64,000 nt of DNA, taken from contig RSEE01000050.1 in NCBI GenBank assembly GCA_003971905.1, positions 310,001 to 374,000 of the forward strand, given 5' to 3'. The position numbers and the translations under genes are program-made. The notes under the pieces are model-generated. The model saw only the letters and a program-made list of their open reading frames with translations, was not told the origin of the DNA and ran no database searches. Of this stretch, positions 1-13,551 are shown one piece after another (the first letter of the stretch is position 1; each line of letters begins with the position of its first letter). Source of the stretch: Moniliella sp. 'wahieum' (taxonomy: Eukaryota).

Positions 1-1499
1 AGGGAAGATATCACCTCCACGTCGCCAACTCCCCCTCCTCCACACCAGAAAGCTTGTCTAAACAAGAGCAAGGTGGAGAAATAGAGATCGGTCAGCCGGC
101 ACAGCTACGGAGCATGTTAAGAAAGAAAAGAGTCGTCACTATAATGGTGGCAGAACCCACACCATCAAATACGACGCCAAATGAAAACCCGAAGGAGAGG
201 GGCAGCAGTACGGTCGGCGATGATCATGCAGCGCATCAGGCCTCCCTGTGAGGCCTCCTCAGCCTCAGGCCTCAGGGTGCTACGAGCAGAGAGATGAAAA
301 TAACACGAACGCTTGCTTACCGAGCTCACTCGGTACTCAATCAGATCGTCAGTTCGATTGTGCCATACCAGGTCATACCATGTATTTATACACTCCGTGG
401 ATGGGCTCAGAAACGGGGGGATTCGAGGACCATGTGTGTTGCTCAGTCCGAGCCTTGTCATACATCATGTTTCAACTGTAATGCGTAACGGAACGGATCA
501 TGCAGTACCCCAGCGTACGGGCGCTTCAAGCTTCAAGCTTCAAACTTCAGCGGTTATGCGAAGAGCGGCCACGGTTGGGGAAGCTTTATGATAAAGCAGT
601 ATCGGGGGGGCTCTCGGGGCTTGAACAACTAATAGTACCTAGTAACAAAACTTACTCCCGAGGAAAGGATCAAAAACGATAAGGCAAATCCATGCGCCCA
701 GGCAAAGCGGTGAGCGAGAGAGAGGACGGGCCTTTGGGGGCCAAGCGCCAAGCGCAAAGAAACAATTAGTACAGTCCTTTTGATATTCTTCTTTGTGTGA
801 TAGTAGATCGAACACGACGGAAGAGGCTACCTTCGAGACGTCTTAGTAGTTTTTCTGAAGATCAGTCCATTTAGTGAGCATTTCTTAGCCCATGTAGAGC
901 GGGAAAGAGGGAAGGTGTTACGGGGCGCTCCGGTTATCTCCGGACGCTGAGCCCCGCATGTCGTAGACATCTCAGCCCAACATGCGTCAGTCCGGTTAGA
1001 CTAGCGAGAGAGAGCCAGTTGACATGTGACATGTGACACCTTATCCTTGCTGCGGATATCATCCGCGGCCCGTCATGGTCGCATGGGCTTATCGGTACGA
1101 TGCTTTGTGCCTATTGCGCCCAGTCTTGTCAGAACCCTTCCTGCTGCGCCCGACTACGCAGCGTCAGCGCCTTGGGAAGCAAGGGCTGTGTATTAGTCTT
1201 TTCCTTTCTGGGAAGTGCCCCGCATTCTGTCTATACCTGTCATGAGGCACTTGTGGCCTGGTTCCTTCTGCTGAATATAAGCAGCCATGTCTAAGGCTTG
1301 CTAGCTGTGGTCCTTGTCGACCGTCCTGTCTATTACCGTTGGTCTCCCCGACTACCAGTTCCTCTCTCGCCCTTCCACCTTCTACCACCCTTACGCTTAC
1401 GAATTTACGACTTACGTCGAGTGCACTGCAGGCCGCGGTTACTCTCACCAGTAGCGCTTGCTCTTCTTTAGGACTCTGTCTGTTCCCGCCAGCTACAGC

Positions 1500-2140
1500 G
1501 TACCAAGTGTGGTAACGCTGTGAGGAACAGAGTAATTCCGGAGCTCCTGGACCCCTTCAGCTGGTCTAACGACCTACGTGCACGGCTCCTACCTCGGAGG
1601 GTCTGGACTGCGATATTTGCACGCAGGCAGCCACCCAAACTAGAAGGTCTCTCCCTAGCCTCTACACCCGCTCGGTTCAACCAGGATCTGGAGCAGGACC
1701 TAACGTACGAGCACCGAATGATCTGTCCAAGGGTTTATACCCCTAAACTACAGGGGGGGTCCCATCTCGGGACCCCCCCCATGACAGAAGGGGACGATCT
1801 GATAGTCGCGAACATGCAGCCATTGTAGCTACCCTCTATGCCAGCGAAGGCGAGAGTGTGTATTTTGGATTGGGGGGAAGGTGCGGCATTACATGCCCAT
1901 CCCCTTTATATAAAACACAGAGGACGTTCTGACGCTCTGACCTAATAGCACATGAAGCCCAGCCATCCCCCGATACAGCGGATTATGCACATGGGTGTGA
2001 TAAAATCCCTCCAGCGTGGAACGGTGGACCGGTGGCTAAGGTGGCGAAGGGGGAACGGTGGCTACGGTGGGGACCAAGCAAAAATCAAACACCAAGCTGG
2101 GGCGAAGCCCCAGCTGACCGGGCCGTAGGCCCGGTGGTCT
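1500..2140 (-). mobile_element. Non-coding TE-like relic carrying three perfect hairpins; has a diverged copy at about 11640-11780
   Basis: Perfect hairpins at 1753-1779, 2095-2115 and 2117-2135, and a TATA-like TTTATATAAA at about 1904-1913. The reverse complement of 1729-1748 matches 11644-11663 at 18/20, and patchy similarity continues for about 130 bp. No coding homology was recognised. Confidence 0.35.
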
Positions 2141-3447
2141 TATAGTGATCTCAATAAGCTCGGGCGGGACAGAAGAGGCCGATGGGGCGATTCAGCGGCA
2201 CGCAGCCGCGAGCAAGGTAGGAATCCATATCCGTAAGAGTCCGTGAAAGAAGCGAAGACCCCTTGGGAGAACGTTACAGAGGGCAGGCGAGAGTTTTCTG
2301 TTCTTAGTCCAAGTAGCACAGTAGAGATCGACATCGAACGGGATTACTCAAAGGGACTCTTCTGTCTAAAGGCAGGCGGCGCGTCAATAGCGGCAGCCAC
2401 CAGCGATATATAGACAGGTCATATCCGACAGCCTGCCGCCGCCCACAGGATGACGTTTCCTCTTAATAGATGTGACGACTTACTGAATAAAAAAAGGTCT
2501 TGGCCTTTCGTCGCGCAGGGACGCTACGGTCAACATAAGCCGAACTCAGTAGTCATTGAAGAGCCGAACCACAGAGACTTTGAATTGAGCCACTAAGCAC
2601 CAACCGGACGGAGCACAGACCACGGAAGAGGCGCGCACTTTGAATGTGTACAGCACATGATATAATGGATGACAGCATTACAGTTGGCATGCTGCCTCTC
2701 CAATTTTGTGGTTAGGCCCAGGTGAAAAAGAGTGCGGCAACACCACATGTCGCCAATGAGAAGTCCCAGCCACGGGAGCACTGAGGTCCTGCGTTATCCT
2801 GAGAAATTAGCAGTCATATAGACGGTCGCGTATGTTGGCATGCTGGAAGAGAGGTGGGGCGAGGAGGAGACACGGAGCAAGGGTGACGTCTCGTCGACTT
2901 CATGGAAAGACCGCCGTGGAGACTTGCTCGCGAGAAAAATGAGAAACTGGATGGCTTTGAGTGCCTGGGGATCCTCGTCGAGAAGCCACTTGAACAACAA
3001 CTTTCATCCAGCCCGGCCGCGAGTCAACAGGCAGGAAAGGCGGCGGCTTGATACGTTTTTGCCTTGGTGCTACACCGCTAAAGCTGCCCTGTTGCCGGGT
3101 ATTTGTGTATCTTCGCTAGCTTCAGCGCCTTCGGCACGCTACACCTGGTCCACCTTGGTTATCTGTTCGCCAGCTTGAATTTGAACTCATCCCACAGCAG
3201 GGCATTGCCTTTCGTTTCGCAGTCAGTCGCGCCAAGGACGTTCGCGTATTCGCACAGCTGGGATAGGCTGGGATACTTACGCGTCCCGCATCATGTGCAT
3301 CACGCATCATATATCCTACTGCCTCCGAAACATCATGCATCACGCGATCTAATGTGTTGGTACGTTGAGCTAGGTGACCTGTGACGCACGTGACGCGCGT
3401 GACGCGTGAATGCGAGGTTGCCATGGCCTTCGCACAAAATGGCATCA

Positions 3448-3503
3448 ACCCTAATGTTCGCGTCTTCAAGAGTGGAATTTATTGCGCCCTTCGAACCCTA
3501 CCC
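3448..3503 (+). promoter_or_regulatory. Homol-E-like (ACCCTA) ribosomal-protein promoter motifs
   Basis: ACCCTAA at 3448-3454 and ACCCTACCC at 3495-3503, 100-150 bp upstream of the RPS18 ATG. They resemble the S. pombe RP-gene Homol E box ACCCTACCCT. Confidence 0.4.
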
Positions 3504-3600
3504 ACTGTTCTAGTGCGACCGCACCCACCCGGACGCAACTCAGTGGGTGTGGACAAGTTGGCCAATTCCGCTAAGCTTACACACCCCAGTAATTGCCAAG

Positions 3601-4191
3601 ATGTCCCTTGTTCCTATGGATGCATCGCAGAGCTTTGCGCACATTTTGCGCTTGCTCAACACGAATGTTGATGGCAGGGTCAAGATTATGTACGCTTTGA
3701 CCCAGATTAAGGTGTGGGTCGTCGCTTTGCCAACATGGTGGGCAAGAAGGCCGACATTGACTCAACAAGCGGTATGTGGCTCGCCCGATTCCCTTTTGTC
3801 ATCCACGGACGTCGTAGGCGATGCCCCATTCGCCCCGTCCCCTCCTACCTCCTCCTCTCCTCCCCTACCCATTCTGTCGTGAACGTGAGCTGACGCTGTC
3901 TCAGTGCCGGTGAGCTCAACTCGGACGAGCTGGAGCGCGTGGTCAACATCCTCAGAACCCGCAGGAGTTCAAGATCCCGGATTGGTTCCTTAAGGCCAGC
4001 GCGATGTGACGAGGGCAAGTCGTCCCAGCTTGTTCGAACAACATTGACTCTGCACTGCGTGAGGACATTGAGCGCTTGAAGAAGATCCGCGCTCACCGCG
4101 GTATCCGTCACTACCCAGCTTGCGTGTGCGCGGACAGCACACCAAGACGACCGGCCGTCGTGGTCGTGCCATTGCTGGCAAGAAGAAGTAA
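3601..4191 (+). CDS. RPS18: 40S ribosomal protein S18 (uS13), 2 exons, with apparent sequencing frameshifts
   Basis: Translates as [55 protein letters not shown], then intron 3772-3904 (GTATGT..GCTGAC..TCAG), then [68 protein letters not shown] with TAA at 4189-4191. Confidence 0.95.
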
Positions 4192-6759
4192 ATTCTTGTT
4201 TGCTCCGTTACATGCTTTGCTGTACTATTCGTACGTCCCTGTTTGTTGGGGCAGGAGTGCCTTGTCTGTCCCTCTCTCTTGCAAACGCCGCTATGCCCAT
4301 TCCTCTCGATACTCCCGACCTCTGTACCCACCCCATCCCATCCCCAAAATGGCACATGCCTAAAGAGCCACCAGTCTGCCTGGCCTCCATCCATATAGCT
4401 GTCTCATTATTCCTGGGTCGGGTTGCACGTCGCCTTCATTGCCCTGCAATTCAGGGCATGATGCATCAACGTTCAACCTTGAAGCTTGACTATCAACAAA
4501 CTGCACCACTGGGTAATATGAAGAAGCTTGGCTATTTTGCTACTTGAGAGGGCCCTTCTGTTCTCGGTGTGGGAGGGGGGGCTGTCGGCAGTATCGGCCA
4601 ATCAACAAAAGCGTATACTATACTGAGTACTGAGAAACCTTGCGCCAACCCGAGAAAAGGTTGGAAGTGGGCCTACCCGGTTGCTCCGTGGATCTACTAG
4701 TGTTACCTAGTAACGCGCAAAGCGTGCGAAGTGCGGCAGGGTGCGGCCTGAGGCCTAGGGCTTCCGCCTCCCTAAGCCGATGGGACAGGGAAGCTCATGT
4801 GGCACGACATCAGATCCGCCAATCTTGCAAGTATCATGAGCGCTGAGTACACGAGTAGTTACTAATGGAGACTGAGTACTGAGTCCTGCTAAGTGTACAT
4901 TTCCGCATTCCCTCCCCCCCTCCAACCCACTTTAGGTATATATAGCAGTACCCAGCCTGCATCGGCGAATATGAATCAATCATGTGCAGACGCAGAGTAT
5001 CGGCAGCAGGTATTATAAGTGTTGGCGGAAGACGCGTAGAACCACAAGTACAGTCAAGGAGACAAATGATTCGTTGGTAGAAAAGAGCAGACATGTGGCT
5101 AGGAAGGAGATGAAGGATTGCTTATTGCGGATTACCTAAAGGCCTAAGGCATAACAGTAGGACCGTAGCACGTGAGTGTGACAGGTACGGATGGAGGAAG
5201 AAAGGGCAGAGCGAAATAGTCAGGCTCTGGCGCGAGGCGCCGAGGGGGCGGAGGACCTGAAAAGCCTACTACTACTGAGTATTGAACACCGGAAAACGGT
5301 TGCGGTAGTGTTGCAGCTATCGAGAGTCTCGCAGCTGAGTCACTCTCAAACACTGGCGCGACCTGAATCGGATAGGATGATGTGAACGTTGACGTTGATG
5401 ATCGAATGAAGCCAATCTGCTCATCTCCATCGTCGCTGCAAAGGAGGAATGAGTGGCAGCGTAACACGTTAAGCGTAACCGGTAACCCATCAAGTGCATC
5501 AAGGAGGCGTAACGCGTAACGCGTAATGTACGAAACAGATGTCAGACTCGGTGCTCATCGACATCATGCATCTGCATCAGGCCTCAGGTTGAGGCCGAGG
5601 GCCCCTCAGGCCTTAGGGCCCTTGGGCGGATTTCACGCGTGAGGCCACCCCCCTGAGTGACCGGTGACCACCTTGCTCTGCCACCAGTTCCAATCCAGCG
5701 CCTCTTAAAAGCACGCTGGCGTTCAGGTACTATAATCGAGGCAAACGACGTATCAATCTGCCAGGGTGTGGTGATGCCACATGAAGTACATCCAACGCTC
5801 AGCATGCGGCAAAGGCTTAAGGTCCAAGGTCCCCTTTTGTTCAGCTCAACATTCAACACGCTCAGCGTTGGGGGTTCGGCGCTCTGATAGGCCCTAGGCT
5901 CTGATCTGCTTGGCGAATTGGCGAGCGTCCTGAGCCCCAAAGGCCTGAGGGCCTCAGCCTGACGTGTGCGGAACGCTGGCGTCGGGGCGCATGAAGCTTG
6001 AAGCTTGAAGCTTGCAGTCGAGACTATGGTCACATGGTGCATCACACACAGGTGCATGATTCATTTTGCCTGCGTTGGACCAGGGTAGGCCACTGGTAGA
6101 CCAGGGTAGGTGCCCCTGCGCAAGTCTTCATCGACAACATTCGCGCGAATTGTTATATCTTGGTATGGAAGTGGTCCTGTGCTGGTGTCTAGTAGCTGAT
6201 AATCGATAACGCTTCGATACCTGCGTCATTTGCCCGAATGGCCGAAGACTGCTCTCACGCTGCGAAGTTTTCCCCGCGAACGGGGTGATATATTGGGGTG
6301 TTTGGGCGGTGGGGCCGAGACAGCGTCCGAGGTTCAGCGGCTCAGCGCACTGAGCCTCAGTGCAGAGCCGCTCAGCTTGAGAACTTGGACGCCCTACTCA
6401 GCGGCGGAGGGCGCACAGCCTACTCAGCCGAGGCAGTAGGGGAGTCCCCGCTGCGGTTCGAGAGGTAACCGGTAACGCGTAACGGCAGAACGCCTCTGGT
6501 CCTGGTCATGCATGACGAATGATGAGCGCTGAGCCAGCGAAACCGCCCGCAGCGAGAGCTACGGGCCTGCTACGGCGCGCCACGATAAGACAAGCCCCAC
6601 TCTCCACAGGGGGTGTGAGGCGTGTGAGGCATCAGCTGATGATGCTTGTTGGTTCGGTAGGAATACCGTGGCTGAATATGGGGCCTATGCCTCTCGTCTC
6701 AAACAGTTCGGCCTGCCCCCGTTCACTACTCACTTCCCTACCATCACCACACCAACATT

Positions 6760-8439
6760 ATGTCTGCTTCTACCATCGAAGAGACCGTGAAGCTCCCTTC
6801 TTCCCACCTTAACAAGGAGGAGAAAGATGAAAAGCGGTACGAGGGCGAGGGAGACGGGGCCCGAGTGGACGTATACGAGGTTGGGCATACCTATCCCGAA
6901 GGCGAGGAGGACGTGCTCGGCGAGGATAGCGAGCTTCGCCGAATGGACTGGAAAGAAGGTGCCGTCGTGGCTGCGAAATCCCAATCGGAAGTACGTCCCA
7001 CATTCCTCTTCATTGTCCCCATCCTCTTCCCCACTCCCGTCCCTGTTCTCGTATATGAGAGGTGATGGAAGATTGACTCGGCTTTGGTAGTTGGTATCCT
7101 AGGTATTCCCGCCACTTTCGGGACCCTGGGCTTTGTACCGGGCCTCATCTCCCTTTTGCTCTTATGTGCAATCACCACTCTCTCGTCATGGTACATTGCC
7201 AAGATCCGCATGCGCTATCCCCATATCCACTCAGTTGGCGACTTTGGGTACATGATTGGCGGTCGTGTGGGCGGGGAGGTGTTTGGCTGGAGTTATTGTA
7301 TTGTATTCATCCTCTTTGCCGGTTCGGCTATTGAGTAAGTCATCTTCCTTCCTTCCCTATTACGGCTATGATCCCCTGATGGAGAGAGATATTAATGCTT
7401 TGACAGGACTTTGACCATCGCTTTTAATGCGATCACCCTCCACGGGCTCTGTACACTCGCATTTGCGGGTATTGTGACCGGCTTTGTGTGCATTATCGGA
7501 TCAATCCTGCACGAGATGGAACGAGTGGCAATCCTGTCCTATATCGGCTTGACATGCGTTATCGTATCAGTGTGGGTGCAAACGATTGCCATACTTGTCA
7601 AGGGCAAAGGCCAGAGCCGCCCTCCTGGTGCGGGAAACGAAGTCCAGGCTGCCGTACGCTACCCTCTGTACAAGGCTATGAACGCCGTTTCAACGCAGCT
7701 CTTTGCCCTAATGGGAACCCCTGGTTTCTTCTCCATCTCGGCCGAGATGAAGAGACCGGAAGATTTCCTCAAGTCGGTCTATGCGGGACAAGGCTTCGTC
7801 TGCATCACGTACGTTGTGATTGCCTGTCTGGTCTATGGGCGGGCGGGCAAGTGGCTTTCCTCCCCTGTCCTCGCCACGGCTGGGCCAACACTCAAGATTG
7901 TGTGCTATTCAATCGCTCTGTTTGGATTGTTTGTTAGTGCTCTTCTCCTGTCGCACATCGGTGCCAAGTATATCTTCGTGCGTGCTCTACGCGGGACACG
8001 CCACCTGAACCACTCTACCCCTGTACACTGGGTCGTCTGGTCGGCTTCCTTTTGCACCGTACTCATTCTCGGCTTTGTGCTCGCATGTGCGGTACCAGTG
8101 TTTGACGACTTGCTTTCCCTCATTGGCGCTTTGACGGGCGGATTCTTGGTCGTCGGTCTCACTGGCCTTATGGGGCTGTACATGCTCTCCCTCGAGTTTG
8201 CGCATCCTTCCACAGGCACTCTTGTTACGCCTCCAGGCAAAACTTGGCTGCAACGGGCTTGGAACCGTTCGTTCCACCATGGGTCCAAGAAAGACCAGAT
8301 GATCTTTATCTTGAGCGTTGTTCTCGTGGGTGCAGGGTGCTTTGTTACGGGGTGCGGAACGTATGCCGCTGCTGTGGCAATGGCCAAGGACTCTTCCACC
8401 TCTGGGCAACCTTTCTCCTGCAGGGACAACAGCGTCTAG
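6760..8439 (+). CDS. Neutral amino-acid permease, AAAP/Aa_trans family (Mtr-like), 3 exons
   Basis: Three ORF pieces are joined by introns 6991-7090 (GTACGT..TAG) and 7335-7406 (GTAAGT..CAG). Motif W.EGAVVAAKSQ(I)GIGILGIPATFGTLGFVPG needs one missing A near 6984. Also FFSISAEMKRPEDF, PVFDDLLSLIGAL, and about 11 hydrophobic segments. Confidence 0.9.
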
Positions 8440-9156
8440 TTTCCTCGATCTCATTTCTTCATCTAGTTGTGAATACTGGAGTGCTTGAACCCCCTACATA
8501 TTGCATCGAATCCCGGGTTCGCACTCATGACACAACAACACCCACAGCTGCGCCATCTACGACCCTGAGCAGCAGAGCAATATACGGCCAATTGGCCCCA
8601 ACTGTCTTTTACTCACGTCTTTCATATTACTGGGCTCACAAGACCCCTTCTCTCCGTACATTATGAGGGCGACTAACCAGCCTATCGTACTAATCGGCGA
8701 GCGTCTTTCCCTGTATGACCTAATGAGCCCGATGAGTTGCCCCATTCATTTTTCGGAACAATTGCCTGAAGCTGTTTTTTTATAATGCAGAGACAGATCT
8801 TGTCTGAGTGTTAAGGGTTAACGAATTTTAGAGACTGCCAGGAGTGATACTAAGTATGCCACATATACCTATTGAACTTGTTCTTGTCTCTAGTAGAGAA
8901 GACCCATTGAAAGCCAGTTTATAGATACCCTAAACCTCCACTAGCGTAGATTCAAAAGAGGGCACGAAAAGCACGCAGGAATAGCACATGTTGTGCCTTT
9001 AGCGGTCCGCAATTTCAACGACATACTAAGACGGGTGGTATGAATTCAGCATGTTGACGAAACCTCTGATATCTGTGTGGTAGCAGACACGAAAGTGGGC
9101 GAATGGGCTTTGAAAACAATCCATGGCGAAAGAAGATCTCATCCATCACAGGTCCT

Positions 9157-10676
9157 TTACACTTGGTGCAGGCTGTGAGACATGGGAGGCCCTTGGCTCG
9201 AATCCAGCTGGGATCCACGCTTCGTTATGATGCTCAGCCGCCCCAGACGCGTTCCGACTCCAGGCCGCTTTTCCTCGTCTTCATGAAGCTCACTGGAAAC
9301 CGGTGGGGATAAGCCACCGGCAGATTGCGCGGGGCCCTTGTCCATATTGGGAGGAGTCTTGGGAGTGAGTCAGAGATTTCCCTCACTGTCAATGGGGGAG
9401 ACCTTGCCCACCGAGCTGAGGAAAGTGTTGGTTGCCGAGGGGGGCGTAGGTGCGCTGCTTTCCCTGTTCATTGTGTCACTCGCAAAAGCCGATAAGATGA
9501 GAGGGTCTGCAGAACGGTGCGTTGTGTCCGAGCCATGGGATAAATGGGAGTGGTGGGGCACTGTCGGCTGAGACACGCTTGCGTTCGCTGGCTGCGCCGC
9601 ATGGATGTTCATCCCCGCATCCGTCGGCAACGGGGGCGCGTTTGTAGGCAAGGACGTCTTTTTGTGGAATAGGCTCGAGGCGCGCTTGCTGAACGACTGT
9701 CGACGCTTTTTCGACTTGACCGGTGACTCATTGTCCGTCGAAAGGGGCTTCTCTTCCGCATCATGACGGTGCAAACCGAAGAACCTGGAAGAGCGAGGAC
9801 GAGGAGAGGGCGTGGCTCGGGAGGGGCTACTAGGACTGTGCCAATCCGATTCGGGCGGTTGTGAGAGAAAGGGATACGAGGAGAGTTCTGGGGTGGCATG
9901 GGGAAACTGCTGTCCTTTGCCTTGGACACAGGTGTCCGTTCGAACGGGGGAGTGGATGTTCTTTCTCCCCGATTCGATGGCTCTTTTTCCTCACGTGATG
10001 CTGATTGGTCCACACGCGTAATGCGCGGGTCCTGTTGTGTGCTCCTGCGGGCCGTCGGTGGCGTGCTGGGGATTTGGTTTGCCGTCTTGCTCGCTTCGGG
10101 GGGAGCCCAGTTACGGTGACGGAGACAACAGGATGATCATCCTCTTTCTGGAGGGGAAGTATTCTCGGTGCTGTGGGAGTAGAAAGGGCGGGCGACACTG
10201 CAGGCATATCCCCCATGACTTCTAACGTAGGCGCAGGACACTGGGACGGAGTCGTATCTGACTCGAGAGTTCCTCCTGAGAAGGAAGCAGGTATGGCTGA
10301 TGGTACGGTTTCCAGGCCGGTAGGATTTGAGGCAGACTCCAGGTCTGGCCGAGGGTCAGTGATGAACGTGGAGCGAAGATATAGAAAACATACTGATTGC
10401 TCCATTGGGTATCGCAGGCAACTCTTCTTTCGTAGTGGCGGTAATAGGAATGTCTTCATGAGCCATTGGTCCGTCATGATGCTTCTCCGGTGTCGAATCG
10501 GTCTCGGGTCCAAGGTTAAGGAAGGTGGTGCGCGTACTGTGTTGGCCCTTTCCCTCCTTCTTGTCCTTCTTGGACGGAGGTACGCGGGAAGTGCGCCACA
10601 GGGCATATCCTACAGCCAGGATCGAGATGCCGGCAACGAGAGTAAAGGTGAGCAACGGCTTGTCTTGCACCAGCAT
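9157..10676 (-). CDS. Hypothetical protein with N-terminal membrane anchor and long Ser/Pro/Thr-rich disordered tail (3' end uncertain)
   Basis: Starts MLVQDKPLLTFTLVAGISILAVGYALWRTSRVPPSKKDKK, a single TM segment followed by a basic patch. There is a clear intron at 10393-10345 (GTATGT..CTGAC..CAG), then overlapping low-complexity minus-strand ORFs down to about 9157. Confidence 0.55.
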
Positions 10677-11639
10677 TGCCAACAGGTGTGAACGTGAAGA
10701 TGGTGGATGAAAGAGTAATGCACAGTTAATTCCAGGTCGTTCTTTGCTGGCCTCCAATGCTGAGCGATGTCAGCGGCACCTGCTATATTCCCCCGGATGA
10801 CAGTATGTGGATAACTACTAAACCGCAGCACATCCGACGGCTCCATGTTGTTTCTGGGTTTCCCATGTCAGCCCATACGCGCCACCCCAATTATGGCATC
10901 TCACCCGCACTACAGCCTTTTGGGAGATCCTGAAATGTGATGTTCCCCCTGCTCGACACCCGTGACGCGTGACGCATGACTCCGGCCCGGCTTTGTCCGA
11001 GATGGGCCCACTCTAATGTGTGGGGCCCCGCCTACGCCGGCGCTCAATTAGCGCGTTTGATCTTAGGAGACAGAGGACACCGGTCACATGGAATACTAGG
11101 ATGCGACCGGTGATCGGAACTTAGCGCCGGCTTGGGTTCCCTGTATCGATGTATCTCCTACTCACGGTTGCTTTGGCATTTTCCTAATGGTGGGGACAGG
11201 TCTCGGCGATCAGGCTGTCCAGGTCCCTGAGATCTAGTCGCTCAGGTTACATACTTTGGTAGCGTGGGGATGAAGGGGTTTTTGGCGTCACAAAATCCGT
11301 TATAGAGGTCAATCCTTTTTGGAAACTCTCCCATCGAGACGAAGCAGTGTTGCGGTTAAGCCCATCCTTGGGTAATACGGAAGACCGCAGGCTCGAATCT
11401 CCGTTGAGTTATCTTTTCCACTTCCTTTTCTACCCTGATGGGTCGCCCGTCTCACACAATTATACCGTAGTCATATCCTTTTGTCAGAGCAGTAAGGCTG
11501 GGACAAAGAAATGTTACCCTTCTAAACGGTGGCCTAATAAACTGGCCACCTAACTGCGGTTGCCCCTTACGCGTTACGCGGTATGGCTGAGACCACTGAC
11601 AGTATCACGCACGGGCGTGCGCCGCCAGGGGGCCCGCCC

Positions 11640-12500
11640 GGGGGTTTAGGGGTACAATCCCTTCGAGAACCTAAGGCCGACTCACGGTAGTTACACGCTT
11701 TGGCGATTGGTGGGTCCGAGTGGGGTTAGGACAAGGAGAGGCCTCTCAGCGTATAGCAGAGGCGGGTGCAAGTGAGGCTGCGTAGCACCGGCTTGGGCGG
11801 CAGTAGCGTGTCTGAAGCCTTCGGGCTCAGGGACGTAGTGGAGGAGGCAATGGGCGACCTACGTTTTGTGCTGTGGACTGTTGGAGCTGGACTGGGAATG
11901 GGGGTGCCGTGGTTGTAGGCGGGATCACACGCGGCTGAACTGAGCTAGGTTTCAGGGTGGCATCTGTGAGTCCCGCGCGACCTGGGTGAGCTGAGGAACG
12001 GGAAGCTGAAGACGGGAGTGGGAGGAGCAATTAAGAGGAAGAGTTGCTTGTACTGGGTTGATCAGAATTGACGAGGAGAGTAGGGGGAGACGTCAATGGA
12101 CCGTGAGGGAAAACCACGAATCGTCATTACTAACAGATAAAATGATTAAAAGGGAAACAAGGCGACATGCTGAAGGAGGAGGAGAATGGAGGATGTGGTT
12201 CTGAGGAGAGGTACAGGAGGCAATGAGAAGGGTAGGGCGTTATATAGCCGAGAGGCTTCCCGGGAAACAGAGGGAGCGTCAGGGCCAAGCCCCGCTACGA
12301 TCGTATGCGGACGAGGCGTTGAAGAACGGGCACGGCAGAGGTTCCGTGGTCGAGCAGCCCCGCCAACCTCGTGTGGAGAAGAGGCTGTTGGCCTGGGGGA
12401 CCAGACGGGCCGAAGGACGCGGAGAAGTGATGGATTGGAGTCAGAAGAGTTGGGACTGGATCATAGAGAAGCCTCTATACAGGAGGCCGTACTAGGCCCA
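11640..12500. mobile_element. Degenerate retroelement-derived non-coding relic(s)
   Basis: 12040-12140 (GAGTTGCTTGTACTGGGTTGATC..GACGTCAATGGACCGTGAGGGAAA) aligns by eye with 30372-30480, which abuts the Gypsy pol relic. 11644-11780 resembles the 1.5-1.75 kb element. Confidence 0.45.
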
Positions 12501-13551
12501 GGGCCAGTGAGGCACATACGAGAGAATGCAGGGCACACAGGGACAGTGCCACGCGCTGTGGGACGATACCCGAAGCATTTTGGGGCAGCCGAAGCGTACG
12601 ATGTTCCCGTCCAGAAGGCTGGGAGAGGGAATTCCCCGCATCTCAGCTGGTTACAACAACCATTTCGAACCGCGTCAAGAGTTTGACCCCTCTCCCGCTA
12701 TCGGAGCCCAGTTTCTAGTTCATACAGTACACTACTCAGTTACTCACCAGCTACACTCTGTTGCACTACCTAGTCCTCTCTGCCTCTTGAAAGCTTGACC
12801 GCTGAGTACGCTGAAAGACGAACGTATTGATTGACGTGACTGGGATCTGCCGCATGGAATATCGACGCCTGAGGACGGTAGCCTCCAAGGGCTTTTCCTG
12901 GCAAACGAGGCAAAATGGTTTACGTTTAACGTTTATGGTGCCAACGTACAGGCTCATCTTTGCGCTGACCGACGATCCAGTCCATCCTATCCAATGCCAA
13001 GACTTACCGATTACCCCCGGGCAACCAACAAACCACCTGCAGGGCCTGCGTGGGCTCCTGAGTCACTGCGAAGAGATAGCTGTTTATATTCAGTTTGCTT
13101 CTGTTTCCCTCTCACCCGTGCTTCACATTGAGCGATGCATGCCCCGCACCTGCAGCATCATCTCCACAATCTCTACGGTGTTGGGCACCTCCGTACCAGC
13201 CCGAACACTCCAAACCCCCGGGCTTTGCGACGCGTGGGACTAGTCTACGCGTCATAACCTGCATACACTGCTGGTCCTTACTCTCTGTGGTACCATGGAG
13301 CACGTCGGTCCTCCGCCAGACCCATCGAACGGCTCCTTCCACATCATCACCCTATCTCGACAAGATCTAGAAGCGTCTTGGTTGGAGCGGGACAGAGTCA
13401 CGTTCCTGTGCATGGCGATGACGTGCGCTCGGCGCCAAACGTTGAATTGCATGGCGATGGCGACCCTGAGCCATTTGGGTGGGGGACCTACAGCGGCGCG
13501 CGCATTCAGGCGAAGGACAGTGGGTCACTCCCAGCACCCCCCTGCCCATGC

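Noticed and set aside
901..1450. Purine tract followed by TGTTACG and a TATA-like motif, suggesting an LTR
   Set aside because: No second copy, TSD or coding remnant in the window to support it.
2593..3190. Possible gene divergent from RPS18
   Set aside because: Only short ORFs and one intron-like 3' end; no recognisable homology.
12960..13480. Short ORFs downstream of VPS55
   Set aside because: No recognisable domain, and the frames are short on both strands.
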